64,000 bases of DNA from Strigamia acuminata (Eukaryota). Positions 1 to 11,478 of the stretch are shown one piece after another. Every line of letters begins with the position of its first letter. The stretch's first letter is position 1. Position numbers and translations under genes: made by a program. The notes beneath the pieces were generated by a model that did not search any database, was not told the DNA's origin, and saw only the letters and a program-made list of their open reading frames with translations. The DNA lies in NCBI GenBank assembly GCA_949358305.1, contig OX442314.1:33170001-33234000 (forward strand). The letters are read 5' to 3'.

Positions 1-330
1 AAGGATAACGAGCAATCTGATTGGACTCTGCAATGTACAAATAAGTCTTTCCGTCTTTGTCTTTGTGCAGCACCATGTCGTGAGGTTGTTTCAGTCCGCT
101 CGCAAATTCGGACACCTCGATGTCGTCCGGACCCGGTTTGAGCAGTTGGATCTTATCGTATCTTGGTTGCGACACCAGCACGAAGTCTCCGGGCAGAGCG
201 AGCAAAAATCGTGCGCTTTCCACACGCGCGTACAGCTCGATGGCGAACCCGTCCGGGACTCGAAGTTTATCGACTACAGAAGAGGAGGAAGAAAAGTCTG
301 CTGTAGTCATTTTCGGGTCATCTAATTCTA
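1..330 (-). CDS. Exon 2 (runs off the window edge) of the glucose/sorbosone dehydrogenase-like beta-propeller protein
   Basis: A 55-nt GT..AG intron (385-331) splices in frame to an open frame reading ...DKLRVPDGFAIELYARVESARFLLALPGDFVLVSQPRYDKIQLL...EFASGLKQPHDMVLH...TYLYIAESNQIARYP. This resembles the N-terminus of bacterial sorbosone dehydrogenase-family proteins. Confidence 0.65.
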
Positions 331-385
331 CTGTTTAGGAAATAAAAATTATAAAAATGTGGATTTTTCGTTTGATTTCTGATAC

Positions 386-632
386 CTTTGTCATCGCTTG
401 ATCGGGTCAGCATAACGATAACTGCGATGATGGCAACCACGATCCCGATTATTACGACTGCGGCGATTGCGACGAAGCAAATTATTTTGATTTGTCTGGC
501 TTTCCTTTTTTTGGCTCTTTGATTACCCAAGGGAGTGCTCGTTGAAGCGGCTGGTCCGTTTGGTCCGGGTGGTAGGTTTGGTCCGGGTGGTCGGTTTGGT
601 CCGGCTGGTAGGCTTGGTCCGACAGAAGCCAT
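386..632 (-). CDS. Exon 1 of a type II membrane-anchored PQQ-dependent glucose/sorbosone dehydrogenase-like protein
   Basis: ATG at 632, Pro/Gly-rich tail, basic stretch RAKKRKARQ, then hydrophobic helix IICFVAIAAVVIIGIVVAIIAVIVML. The exon ends at an AAG|GTATCA donor (phase 1, 82 codons + 1 nt). Confidence 0.7.
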
Positions 633-1069
633 TGCAATTTCTACCACAAATAGATGAATTGGAACAATGGAAATAAATAAATGTCGTCACAATTGTGAGA
701 TCACTTTTGTCGATGTTTTGGAAAAATGCTTTGTAAATTAAACAACAGAGTGCGGAGTAGTGAAACTGGTTCCGGTTTGTACTTGGTTCTTTCAAAGATT
801 TTATATTAAGATATGTATTTGGATGTTGTACAGGATATGAAGGGAATGTGATTTGAAGTTTTACATTTTATTTTGCAGTTTTGAATTTATTGTGAAATAA
901 CCAAATAGAAATTGTGAAAAACATTGTATCGAAAATGCGAAAATCGAGATAAAACGACAAGCGACATGGAATGAAGAACATAAACAGTAACTGTTGCTAT
1001 GCCGACGGAAAACTATTAGTCGTGCTCCTCAGGTAGTTAGTAACAATTGTTCACACCAGAGTGAAGCTG

Positions 1070-2108
1070 CAACTCACAAGGGGAGAGCACCAATAAGCTA
1101 TCACAGATTGTTGTAATATTAAACAAGAAGGATTGTTATATCATGCTGAATGAGACCCTAAAATAATTTCATTCCATAAACAGCCAACAATGCAAACAAT
1201 GAGCTGAAAGTTGGCACTATTTTGTCTGTGTATACATCAAATCTGAGCAATCAGGCCTAGTGTATGAATACTGTAAACAACAGTTGCTAGGTAAAGAATA
1301 GTTCCAAGATCCAAGTTCAATTTTATCATTTGAGATTCAATGATGTCATTTCCTCTTTTGATATCACATGACATATGACATCAGAACTTTGTTCAACAAC
1401 ATGACTGTCTTCATGAAGACAATCATAGTTTGTAGTGGTGGTCCAGTGGTTCAGGTAATGGACTAGGAATCTTTCCACACAGGTTCAAATCCTGCTGTCT
1501 GTGAAAATTTTTTACTTTAATTTTTTAATTTTTTTTAGCAGTAATTTTAATGTTTGTAATTTTATGTTTGTTAAAAAATTAAAATTAATTAATTAAAGTT
1601 TTTTAACAAACATAAAATTACAAACATTAAAATTACTGCTAAAAAAAATTAAAAAATTAAAGTAAAAAATTTTCACAGACAGCAGGATTTGAACCTGTGT
1701 GGAAAGATTCCTAGTCCATTACCTGAACCACTGGACCACCACTACAAGCTATTATTGTCTTCATGAAGACAGTCATGTTGTTGAACAAAGTTGTGATGTC
1801 ATATGTCATGTGATATCAAAAGAGGAAATGACATCATTGAATCTCAAATGATAAAATTGAACTTGGATCTTGGAACTATTTTTTACCTAGCAACTGTTGT
1901 TTACAGTATTCATACACTAGGCCTGATTGCTCAGATTTGATGTATACACAGACAAAATAGTGCCAACTTTCAGCTCATTGTTTGCATTGTTGGCTGTTTA
2001 TGGAATGAAATTATTTTAGGGTCTCATTCAGCATGATATAACAATCCTTCTTGTTTAATATTACAACAATCTGTGATAGCTTATTGGTGCTCTCCCCTTG
2101 TCAGTTGG
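1070..2108. repeat. ~1.04 kb near-perfect palindrome (foldback/MITE-like)
   Basis: About 1070-1578 is the reverse complement of about 1599-2108, with only a handful of mismatches and a ~20-nt AT spacer. Confidence 0.9.
1432..1513 (+). other. tRNA-derived (SINE-head-like) sequence; mirror copy at ~1665-1746 on the minus strand
   Basis: A-box-like TGGTCCAGTGG, B-box GGTTCAAATCC inside a CAGG/CCTG T-stem, then a T-run. Acceptor and anticodon stems do not pair well. Confidence 0.55.
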
Positions 2109-3030
2109 CAATAGAACACACTGGTTTATGATGAAAAATAAAAGTTAGTTTGATGGAATGTAGAATTAAAACGCGCAAAAATAGTTATAATTATGTTGAA
2201 TACTCCTCTAAATCTAAGAAAAATGTTTGAAATAATAAAAATAACAAACAAGCCAGATAAATCAAACCAAAAAATTGTTTTCAGCCGCAGTAGCCTAAGC
2301 CAATTTCATAATCTCGTATGAGGAAATTACAAATTACAAATCAAAGTCTCAAAGAGTTCACAGATACTTGTAATTATTAAGCTTATCTCTATCAAAGCAA
2401 CTACCTCTGTTTCACTTTTTACAGTCTCACAAGACCATTAGTCTTAATGTCACTAAATTAACATCCAATGGCTATTTTTGCCATCAAAAGACTTGTTTGA
2501 GTCTTTATTGCAAATACAGTATTAGTCCTCAACTCATTGTTGCTAATATATTGCTACAGTATAGTAATAGTCATTTGTGTAGATAAATAGATTAACATTT
2601 GTGTCCGCTTGTCCACCCACGGTTCCTGCATCACTCCACACACCGCCCAATGCCCTATGGTCATCCTACCTTAGCGGAGTGGTATGACCCAGTATAGGAA
2701 AGGAGGGAGCTGAATGGTGTGGTGAGAAGAGCGCTGGGTCTCAACCAAGACAGACGTGTGTACAAGAAAGTCCTGAAGCCAGCAAGGACAGTTGTGCTCT
2801 GTACTGATTCTGCTCTCCTCCCATTCACCACTGTGACGCTCAGCAGTGTGGTGACGGACCCACCACGGCCTCCATGAGCGGTTGCATCAGCTGTGTGGTA
2901 AGTACGGCAGAATGTATATGTTAAACCGGCCACGTCATCTTTTTGATACAAGGCTCACAGGCGATAAAGGCCAGTCACTTCAAGGACAATTTGGAGGCGC
3001 CTGTGCCAGCACGGGTTCCACGGTCGAGTT

Positions 3031-3848
3031 GCGGCACAAAAAGACTTCCTCACTGACAACCATCGGGCTCTGAAAAGACAGTTTGCAGAATTAAATTTGC
3101 TCAGAGACTGGAGCAATGTTGTCTTCTCAGACGAGTGTCAAAGTGTCATGCCAGTGTTCAAAAGTGGAAGTGGGCAAGTCTGTGTCCACAGTCCAATCGG
3201 GAATAGATTCAACCCAGGTTTATAAACCTAAAAGTAAAACTACTTCAGTTTATTAATAATTTTAACTTTATCTAATATTTATCTAATTTTAGAAACAAAG
3301 TGGCCGATTCGGTGTAAAAATGTGGATGTCTCAGAGTGGGCTTAGGCGAATTTGCAAACTCACCGGCTATTTGAATTCAAATTCATATGTCAATATCCTG
3401 GGTCGAACATTATTGTCCAGTGCTGGAAGAAAGATTTGATAACCTAGACTTGGGTGTTCCAGTATTCCAAGCAACCCCCCACAATGCCCACAACACCTAT
3501 GAATGGATAGCACAACATATGGGTCCAAATCAGCACATTGCAATTTTGAAGTGACCAGCCGAAAGGGCTGATTTGAAAGCTCTAGAGAACATCTGGGCAA
3601 TTTTAAAGTCAAATCTACAAAAGAGTAAATTACTTACAAATGGGAAATTTATAATTCTTTATGATTTATTTAAATTTACTAAATCATTTCAGGCACTTGC
3701 TAGAGATACTGATGATCTGTGGGGCCAAATACACGACATTTGGCAACAGCTTGCATTGGGTCCAGAGCTGGCTCCTAATTTGCTCATGTCAATGCCAAGG
3801 CGCATCCAGAAAGTCATCCACATGAATGGCCACTGGAGTAAATATTGA
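3031..3848 (+). pseudogene. Degenerate intron-containing Tc1/mariner transposase
   Basis: Reads AAQKDFLTDNHRALKRQFAE...WSNVVFSDE, then LENIWAILK...SMPRRIQKVIHMNGHWSKY. It has frameshifts and short AT-rich GT..AG introns (~3218-3292, ~3626-3692). Confidence 0.8.
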
Positions 3849-4400
3849 AAAAAAAAAATACTTTTATCATTATTGAAAACTCCGTATTTCACATTTCGCA
3901 TTTCACTTTAATTCTTTGTTCTAATTGTAATTTTAGTATTAATCCTAACTTTAATAGACACAAGTTCATTTTAAACTACATTTAGCCTTATTCATTTACC
4001 CCTAGAGATTATTTTTATTGGCCAAATTAGCTAGAAGACCTGCAACAGCATTCACCTGGTTCCGCCACTTGAATTCCGAGACTTGTTTGAACAAATTTGA
4101 TATTTGTTCGCTTGGGAAAATCCAGGAACGCAGCAAATGTTTTTTTTTCCTCTCTTTTTTCAGTGTTGCTCAATTAGCAAATGGCTAGAAACATGCCATT
4201 AAAGGACTAAAGGGCAGAAACATTTGAGCAGCAGTAGATTTGGGATGAACCAGCCACCGTAATGGCAAATTAAACAGTTATAAAAATTTCTTTTTTTCTC
4301 TTAAGCGTTTAAATAAACTTTCATTTTTCCAATGTTTCCATTAATTATTACATAAATCATTTTCTTAGCAACAATTCAATTTTAATTATTTTCATTTTAG

Positions 4401-4720
4401 CTGTATACAATTTGTCTGCGATTGGAGAGAGTTTGATTGGTGAAATTGTTAGGCAGATACTACGCAATACTTTCTCTACAGCATTAACTTTGGGCCACAA
4501 TTGGAGTGACAAAAAATTGAAAGATTCATTTTCTACCCTTAGATTAAAGTGTTCTTTTTAGTAAGTGGTATATTTTTATTTACATCTCAGGTATAAAAAT
4601 TTGTAAAATACTGCGTATAATATCTTTCTCAAATTTATTGAAGCTGTTCAGTCAGAACGTCGAAACCAAATTGGCTAGAGATGCCAAAAAAATGGTTTCG
4701 ATTAGCAAAACATGGTAGTT
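4401..4720 (+). pseudogene. DUF4806/BEN-like domain gene fragment
   Basis: An exon flanked by ttttag and gtaagt reads VYNLSAIGESLIGEIVRQILRNTFSTALTLGHNWSDKKLKDSFSTLRL. The next segment reads KWFRLAK after a frameshift. Confidence 0.4.
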
Positions 4721-5032
4721 GCAAAAGAAGAGCTGAGAAAGCTAATGGGCCCTAGGCGAAACCTAGCGCAAAATTTCCTAGCCTCTCATTTAAGCCCCCC
4801 CCCCCCCACACCCATTTATTAAATTTAGTGTGAATTTTGGCTACACGATGGCGCCACCTATCCTTTAATAATTCAGCCACCACCCCATTTCTTAAACTTA
4901 GTGTTCAGTTTAGCTACACGATCGCATTACCTGTCCTTGTGCTTTCAGTGGAGAGTAACGACCTAAATGAGTAAGAAATTATATTTTGCTACAAAAACAC
5001 ACTTATAAACCCACTGCAAACACAAACATCAC

Positions 5033-6418
5033 TACCACATTCTGTTTGAACATTTTCATAGGACCATGACACCTGCCATAGATATTCCCAACCAATGAAA
5101 ACTCATTCATCGCAGCGAGATTTTTGTGGACAATCCCACTGGGAATCCCAAAAGAATTGCTAGAAAATTGGTCGTCAATATTACCAGCCAGATGAGTCAC
5201 AATTAGAAAGCGATTTGGTGAGAGGAGTGCTGGCAGTGTGTGGTTTTTAACTGTATTTTTATTTTAATTAATCATGGATAATGATTATTTTGCCAATTTC
5301 ATTTATTAATTTAGTTAATTCATACTTATTTGTTGTCATTCTTTAATTAGATTATGAGATTTTTGTTCCTTATGCTTTGTGTACAATTTATTTGTTTATC
5401 ATTTATATTTGATTTGATTCATTTTTTATAATGTAGTTCCTGTTACGGCAGGAGGCGGTAATCAACCTACCCGCAAGGCTATCAAGGATTCTCGTAATAA
5501 GGCGTGACGTGATGGTGAAGAGTGCTTCCGTTTCACGCTATTGCTCCCTATATCCAGTTCCGGACCTATTCTTGGACCGATTCTTATGCCACCTTATCAT
5601 CCAGACCACACTCGTTGTCAGGCATTTACAAACGGTGAAATTTGTGCTCTGGATGAGTCACCTGGAGGATGGAATGAAGGAGTGGGATTATTGTAACTTA
5701 TTGTTTTATATATTTATGAAATAGTGAATTAATTATTTAATTAGTTTATTTGTCTTTTTTTTTATAAAATAAACCGGCGCTAAAACCATTCGTCGCCACA
5801 AGAAACGCTGCTCAGAAAGCGGTTGGCTTCACAGCATGGTCTTAGAAATTTTTGTAATATAGGGTTCCATGCCGTAGTAGGGTCGGCATAGCCGAGTAGA
5901 TCGCCGTCCTCAAAATGACTGGTTGCATAACAACTAGGCACCCCTAGTGCATTTAGCTGGCTGCCCAAAGGGTATTTAAAGGCCTGCACTAGTGTTCTTG
6001 GCAACAGTAGCATCGTCAGGAGTAGTCGCCCCCGACTACCGGAAATGAATCTGGAAGAAATTTCCCAATCTCCTGACAACGGCCGCCACCCGTAACACGC
6101 TCCTTGGCCTGCTTGATTAGAGACAGGTCTATTTTCATCTGGCTTCACAACTTGGAGCGAACGACCAGCACACAAATCCAGCCGTTAGTATTAGCTATGT
6201 TTTTGCTGGTAAAATCAGCCGTTATTGTACGTTCTTCTCCAATGTCCCGGCGCTGTTGCCGCCGCCGCGTTTTTGAGTGGAATTATTTATAAATTTATAA
6301 ATTTAGAAATGGAGGTAATGAAAGTTATAGGATTATTGTAGATTATTGTAGTTTAATTGCTCTTAACGCAATATTTAATCGTAACAAATGGATTTTGTCG
6401 ATCCAGTCTTATTTAATG
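5033..6418 (+). repeat. Local duplicated host unit, copy I (continues at 20792-21430 after Gypsy A)
   Basis: Similar to 22190-22930 + 50918-52410 (copy II) and 54000-54625 (partial copy III). Confidence 0.85.
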
Positions 6419-8170
6419 TGTGACGATTCTACTTTTGGCTGATTTAATAGCCATTTAAGATAGATAACTAATCGGTTTATACAAGACGTTGCTAGGAGTA
6501 GCAACAACCTAACCGAGATAAGCTACGGAAGTCTTTACAAACATGGCACTTGATCGAATAGAAATAACTTACAGTTTTGGTGTGACATAACATATTTATT
6601 ACTAAATATTAAGGACAACAAAAATGGGTTCTTCACGCGTGTAAACGGGCGGCATCAACTGGTTGAGGATCCGGGCGAAGCCAGAGGGATACGGCTGACT
6701 TGCGGCATCGTCACAAATATCGCTACGGAGACGTATTTGGTCCGCAGCATCGATTATCTAAATATGCGAAGAGTCCTACGCATAAACAGGAATATTCGGC
6801 AGAATATTCCATTGTTTTAAATGAATAAAAGTCAAGTGATTAAAATAATACAACAAATGAATTGTTATATAAATATTAATTGGGCGGGGACCGTCACGAC
6901 AATTGAGAGAACGTCGCGGGAGTTGTTGAGACTCCATCCGCCAGCATGCCTTACGACGACAAGATCTCGTGATCAGGCGCCGAGTATTTAATTGTGTGCT
7001 TTAACTCGCTATCGGTGGTACCAACCACCAGGTAAACATTTCTATGGACTTACCGGGTTTAAAAGATATTGCCAATACAGGATTACCAATGCCCGAGTAA
7101 TTTGTTTAACACGATATATTTTATATATCGTTCACGGGTTACTAACCCGGAGGGTACGATGGGGCGGGGACCGTCACGACGGTCGAGAGAACCATCGCGG
7201 GAGGATTTGACTCCTCCATCCGCCAGCATGCCTTACGATGGCGGGATCCAATGATCGAGCACCGGGTAAAATATTAATCGGCCACTGCCGTTGGATTACC
7301 ATTATCCAGGTAGTTGTTTCTCGCAACATCTTTAGATATTACTCACGGGCTACCAACCCGGCGTGTCGCCTGTATATTAGGCCTTTACCGACTTTTAACG
7401 AGCGGAAGGACCAATCGTAGAAAGACGGGAACCTGCGTGGGTTGTTTACAACAACCATCCTGCAGCGGACTGTGGCCAGTTAGCTGAGGGACCTACTTTC
7501 ATTTAGCAAGGTCGTACTGTATACGACCGTTATATTAAGCCACCGTACGAAATCCTACTGTCCCGTAGAACAGCTGGCTAACGTTACGGGGCCATTTCAT
7601 GCGAATGCATGTCTATTACCGGAGTTAGCCTTCCCGAAATAGCCCTACAACAGCAATAACAAAATAGTAATGAATACTAACTGTGGAGAGCTGAGGTGGC
7701 CTGATGTGTCGATAGAGAATAATGAAATCAAACAATAACAATTCAACTACAGACAATATACAAGTTCAGTTATCAAGCAAGGGGCAGGGGGAAGTGAGAA
7801 ACTGATGCTTATATAGTTCTGTAGAACTACTAGATTGGCGACAGCCAATCAGCGTACGAATCGGCGGATTCGTGGGTCACTAGTCCGGACCTAATATATG
7901 ACTATGTCCAGATGGGCCCAGTTGGGGTCCGGAAGGGTCCAATTGGTTCCCTTCGACAGGTAAGTAAAGTGGATATTGATTCGATAGAATCAACATCATC
8001 AAGTAATTAATACTTAATTTATATCGAATAAAATAGTTATATTTTATTCACCGTGTCTAAATAATTATTTATCACACTATTTAGTTTTTAACCGAGTTTG
8101 AAATACGCGCGTTGGTTAAACAGCGCCATCTATGGTGAACATTGATAACTATCGATTTGTAATCATCACA
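6419..8170 (-). repeat. 3' LTR of Gypsy A (1752 bp)
   Basis: Near-identical to 19047-20791 (a 7-bp indel and one substitution seen). PPT GGGGGATG lies immediately inside at 8171-8178. Confidence 0.97.
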
Positions 8171-8915
8171 CATCCCCCGGTGACAAGCATAGAGTTTACT
8201 AACTCTCGATTGTCATTCTTAATGGATAAGAATGTTCACCTAATTCTATCGAATTAATCCACTTGGTAAGTATTTTATTAACTTAATCATGTTATTTCTT
8301 TCAGAAACTTCGTCACCCGATTAGACTAATCGGCTTCTCTGCACTGCGCAACTCCCGGTTGCTAAGCGACGGAAATGAACTCGTCCGAACATGGATACAT
8401 GTTCGAGAAAATTAATTTCGATAGAAATTTTATTTCTCCGTCAAATAAACTTATTCATAGCTTATTAATCAACAAGATAATCAATAAAAATAAATTTATG
8501 CAAACTTTATTTATCGAAAATCTAAACTACTAATTTTTTATTACGATTGTCATAAAAAATTAACGAATTTCAACTTGAAATTCTTCAACGCTTCGATCAA
8601 AGCAAAAAACAAACACAATTTTCACAAATAATTATGAAAAATAAACTAAACAGTCACACAGATATTAATATGATTAATTCAAATAAACATCCAAATTGAA
8701 TTCGAAAACAAAACAAATTAAATTGAATCCAATTTTAAATTAAACTATACTCGTTTGAGTATTTAACGATTAGTTCAAAATCTTGAAACAAACAAACACA
8801 ATACTCGTGGGAATATTTCGTAATTGCAAAAAACACAACAAAACACTTGGAATATTTTTAGTCAAAAAATATTTCCACTCAGAAAAAAATAACGAATGTT
8901 AAATTTTGTCCCTTT

Positions 8916-10433
8916 TTAATCCTTCTTTTCGACGTCAGTCGAAACTTTCTCCTCCTTTTTCTCGACTTCGGCAGAAGTCAGAAAATCCGACTCTTCAGTC
9001 GCCTCTGTCGAGACGGCGGAAAACACGGCTTCTTCCGGCGCTTCGATTTCATCCGGACTCGGAGGCGGAAACGGCATGTCGTCGAGAAGTTCAGCCACGA
9101 AATCAACGACGGAAAGCAGCTCTTCAGCGTCCTCGAACTGTGCCTCGTCCGAAGTTTCAGACTTAGGCGCGATAGGCGCGTTCGACACGTCGGTTACGGC
9201 CGCTGGAGGATCCTCCACGGGTTTGGACGGTGCTTCTACGGCCTGTTGAAGCTTACGAGCTCGCCCTCGTGCCAAGATATTGGTTCGTTGAACCTTGGCA
9301 ATTTCTCTCGCTCGGTCGAGCGTCAGACAGCCTCGACCACGCGACATCGTTCTAGGTCGAACGAATTCTTCCTGCACCTCGCTTTCGACACTTTCGGCGG
9401 CCTGGACAGTTTCAGTGGAAACTTCAGAGTCCTCGGACGGCGGTGGCGATTGTCGAAGGAGTTCGACTCTTACCCCGGCGTTGGCTTCAGCACGGGTCCA
9501 GGTGAGGAAGCGCGGGTCGATGTACACAGCCTCGCCGCGGCTGTTTAGAAACAATCGGCACTTGGGGCAGTGAGCCCAACATCGCTTCTCGTTAGGCTTA
9601 ATGCCTTTCACCACGTGGGGCTGAACCTCCTTGCGCCACGGCTCCGAACGCGGTCGCGTTTTCCTTCCTCGACAGTTGGGACATCTCATTAATGAGGAAC
9701 CTGCGGATGCACCGCAGCACCACCCACAGCCGACGCAAAATGGGCAGATCGTCTCTGTTGCTTGGTCCGTCACGATGTTATCGTGAGGTATTCCGGCTGC
9801 CATGTCTCGTTCGCACTGCTCCTTGCGCAGGCGGGCCTTCTCGTCCTTCTTTCTGGCCTTGTTGGCCGCTCGGTACTCGCGGTTGCGAGAAACAGGCTCC
9901 GAATAACGCAAAGCGCCCGGCGGCGGCTCATTCCATCCGTATTCTGATGCAGAAGACTCAGCACCAGCAGGAAGATGCGTAACAGACACTGATTGTCCCG
10001 TCACAGTCGGTGCAGCCGCATTTGACGTGTTGGCGACGGTGGGCGCCACGCTTGCAGTTGGCGGCCGAAATTCGGGTGAATGCGGGGCCAACGGGACGTT
10101 GATAACGTTCACGGGCGGATACGCCACCTGGGCCAGCGGGGCCAATTGCGCCGACTCATAAACGGTTGGCTGTGCAGATGTGGATGGGGCCTGCATCATC
10201 GCATTTAAGTCGAGCGGAAGTCCGTCCGGATGGACGCTCAGCCAATTTAGCGTTGCGAGTTGCAACGGCGTCAGGGCGTACATCGAGGCGGGCGCCGTCG
10301 GCATCGGTTGGGCCCTCATGTAAGCACGCTCTGCTGAACGGCGCTGCTCGTCACTAGACGAGGTGGACGAGCTGGAACTTTCATGACGGTGTCGTCGATG
10401 ACTCCGTTTCGAACGGTGTTTACCGCTTCCCAT
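8916..10433 (-). CDS. Gypsy A ORF3: Cys-rich, non-Env accessory protein (505 aa)
   Basis: Open frame in sense with pol. The ATG directly follows a tttgcgtctgcag acceptor. Contains CPFCVGCGWCCG..CPNCRG..CWAHCPKC; no signal peptide or TM helix is visible. Confidence 0.85.
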   Translation of the reverse strand: MGSGKHRSKRSHRRHRHESSSSSTSSSDEQRRSAERAYMRAQPMPTAPASMYALTPLQLATLNWLSVHPDGLPLDLNAMMQAPSTSAQPTVYESAQLAPLAQVAYPPVNVINVPLAPHSPEFRPPTASVAPTVANTSNAAAPTVTGQSVSVTHLPAGAESSASEYGWNEPPPGALRYSEPVSRNREYRAANKARKKDEKARLRKEQCERDMAAGIPHDNIVTDQATETICPFCVGCGWCCGASAGSSLMRCPNCRGRKTRPRSEPWRKEVQPHVVKGIKPNEKRCWAHCPKCRLFLNSRGEAVYIDPRFLTWTRAEANAGVRVELLRQSPPPSEDSEVSTETVQAAESVESEVQEEFVRPRTMSRGRGCLTLDRAREIAKVQRTNILARGRARKLQQAVEAPSKPVEDPPAAVTDVSNAPIAPKSETSDEAQFEDAEELLSVVDFVAELLDDMPFPPPSPDEIEAPEEAVFSAVSTEATEESDFLTSAEVEKKEEKVSTDVEKKD

Positions 10434-11478
10434 CTGCAGACGCAAATAAATTATTTTATTAAAAATAATTCTACACTAAATAGTCATTCTTTGAGTCCAA
10501 AGAATTAAAACGTATTGTTCGCAACGAAAATACACAACTCGAGTTATTTATAACCCCTAACACGTGACACTAATGAGTCACATTCCCCTTGTGTTTATGA
10601 CACGAGAATGGACTCGCCGACAAAGATTTTCATCGAAAATCGCAACTTGTTGATTTTTCAAAAGAAAAATCCTTTTAGTTTCCTTGAACTATTTAATCCA
10701 ACCTTTCGGATATCAAAGATAACTTTCGTATTAATTAATTAACACTTAGTCTAATAAATATCTCAAATCGAAGATTTACCGCTAAATAATTTATGCAAGC
10801 CTCGACCGCGACTTGATTTAAATAATTAGTGCCCACGTACTTAAACTTAATAAATAATTATTAATTTTAACCCAACTATTCGACTGAATAGCTAAACTTC
10901 CAGAGTGATTTAATGCCGATTCAAGCTTATAATACACGTGAATTTTTTAACTTTTATCGGGACGCCGATAATTTATCAATTGTTGCGAACAATTTTCAAT
11001 TCTTTGGTCAAAGAAAAATAACGAAACTACTTACTGTTGGAAGTTTCGTGTTTGAAGCTGGCTAAATGAATTAGCGTCGAAATTCTCAAGTCGAAAAATG
11101 AAGAGGAGACGAGGGGACGAAGTCACTTGTATCCACGTGTTTAACGAAGTGTTTGTGTGCAATGAACCCTGGGAATTTTATTCCCTATTAATTGTCGGGT
11201 TCGAGGTTTAATCACACCTCGTAAGTCTCGTATCTTCGTAATTACGCGAGATTATCACTTTTCAAAGTAATTCTCTGTATTTTAGTTAAAATACATGTAA
11301 ATACAACCAAAAAATTAAAATATTCTATCGAATATTTAATTCATCGCAACAAATTCATATTTTAATATAAATTTCAATAAATATCGTAATATCTTGTCCC
11401 CCGGTGTTGAGATTATAAATCACTACACCTGTCAGACACGTAAATAATTACAGTCTTCAAGTTTTGAATAAAACTTTA

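Noticed and set aside
1432..1503. Functional tRNA gene
   Set aside because: Only the A/B boxes and T-arm are convincing; acceptor and anticodon stems do not pair.
6992..7420. Short ORFs within the Gypsy LTRs
   Set aside because: 60-72 aa, non-ATG or weak starts, antisense to the element, and recurrent only because the LTR is repeated.
8916..10433. ORF3 as an env gene
   Set aside because: No signal peptide or transmembrane helix is visible; composition suggests a soluble nuclear or cytoplasmic protein.
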